A DNA stretch of 64,000 bases from Alphaproteobacteria bacterium (lineage in GTDB: Bacteria; Pseudomonadota; Alphaproteobacteria; GCA-2731375): assembly GCA_965225945.1 (NCBI GenBank), contig CBDDBZ010000039.1:128001-192000 (forward strand), in the 5' to 3' direction. The notes beneath the pieces were generated by a model. The model saw only the letters and a program-made list of their open reading frames with translations, was not told the origin of the DNA and made no database searches. The stretch's first letter is position 1. Every line of letters starts with the position of its first letter. Shown piece after piece: positions 62,938 through 64,000 of this stretch. Made by a program: the position numbers and the translations under genes.

Positions 62938-64000
62938 CTAAGCCGCCAACGGCGACAAGCTTGCCCTGATCTCGTCGTAGCTGGCAAGCCCGTCGATCGG
63001 GCCGAGGGCGGCGATCGCCGGCGCTCCGCCCTCGACCAGCCGGCGGGCGACGCGGCGCACCGCCTCGGCGTCGACCGCGTCGACCTCGCCCACCAGTTCC
63101 TCGAGGGGGATCGGCCGGCCGTGGATCAGCATCTGCCGCGCCAGTTGCTCGGCCCTGGCGCCCGAGCCCTCGAGCGACATCAAGATCCCGGCCTTGAGCT
63201 GGGCCCGCGCCCGGGCCACCTCCTCCTCGTCTGCATCCCGGCCCAGCTTCGCGAGCTCGCCGCAGATCACCGGCACCAGCTCAGCCACCTCCTCGGCCCC
63301 GGTGCCGGCATAGACGCCGAAGATCCCGTCGTCGACGAAGGAGCTGGCGAAGGCGAAGATGGAATAGCAGAGGCCGCGAAGCTCTCGCACTTCCTGAAAC
63401 AGACGCGAGGACATGCCGCCGCCCAGCACCGTGGCGGTCACCTGGTAGGCGTAGAAGTCCTCGTCGGCGTAGGTCAGGCCCGGCAGCGCCAGCGTGAAGT
63501 GGACCTGTTCCAGATCCCGCCTCTCGCGGAATTCGCCCCCGGCGAAGCGGGCCGGCGGTAGCCCAGTCTCGTCGGCGCGCCCGAGATCGCAAAGGTGGCG
63601 CTCGGCAAGCCGGACGATCTCCTCGTGGCGCACCGCACCGGCCGCGACCAGGACCATCCGGGGCGCGCGATAGTGCCGGGCCATGAAGGCTTGCAGGTTC
63701 TCGCGCGGCATCGCCTGGATCCCCTCGGCGGTGCCGAGGATCGGGCGGCCGATCGCCTGGCCGGGAAAGGCCACCTCTTGGAGGTGGTCGAAGACGATGT
63801 CGTCGGGGGTATCGAAGGCCTGGCCGATCTCCTGGATCACCACCTGGCGCTCGCGTTCGAACTCCTTCGGATCGAACACCGAATTTTGCAGGATGTCGGC
63901 CAGGATGTCGACGGCGAGCGCCACGTCCGCCTTCAGCACCCGGGCGTAATAGGCGGTATGCTCGCGCCCGGTATAGGCGTTGAGGTGGCCGCCCACGGCC
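62938..64000 (-). CDS. M16 (pitrilysin) family peptidase, 5' end outside window
   Basis: GGHLNAYT, ERQVVIQEI, LGGGMSSRLFQEVRELRGLCYSI. Confidence 0.92.
   Translation of the reverse strand, partial: AVGGHLNAYTGREHTAYYARVLKADVALAVDILADILQNSVFDPKEFERERQVVIQEIGQAFDTPDDIVFDHLQEVAFPGQAIGRPILGTAEGIQAMPRENLQAFMARHYRAPRMVLVAAGAVRHEEIVRLAERHLCDLGRADETGLPPARFAGGEFRERRDLEQVHFTLALPGLTYADEDFYAYQVTATVLGGGMSSRLFQEVRELRGLCYSIFAFASSFVDDGIFGVYAGTGAEEVAELVPVICGELAKLGRDADEEEVARARAQLKAGILMSLEGSGARAEQLARQMLIHGRPIPLEELVGEVDAVDAEAVRRVARRLVEGGAPAIAALGPIDGLASYDEIRASLSPLAA

Overview
GC-rich bacterial DNA whose gene order (aroQ-accB-accC, thiS-thiG fusion, priA/fsa/DUF484/xerC, rimJ/M16 peptidase, TRAP transporters) points to an alphaproteobacterial chromosome. 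It holds core and catabolic genes and one tRNA-Arg(CCG). Five mobile elements have readable ends and target-site duplications (TSDs): IS1595, IS4, IS3-like, IS256 and a non-autonomous element with 43-bp inverted repeats. Decay is widespread: two insertion-disrupted genes, two frameshifted genes, one in-frame amber stop and three orphan gene fragments. The most striking unexplained feature is a ~1.3-kb G-rich tract (about 15150-16430) with no credible protein. It is packed with UUCG/CUCG/GNRA-capped hairpins on the + strand and lies downstream of a cluster of DnaA-box-like sites split by an IS4 element, making it a candidate large structured ncRNA. Also notable are a UGSC-type selenoprotein with in-frame UGA and a SECIS-like hairpin, and a 21-bp CTAG-flanked palindrome at three gene ends. 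All calls come from reading the sequence by eye; no searches or folding programs were run.
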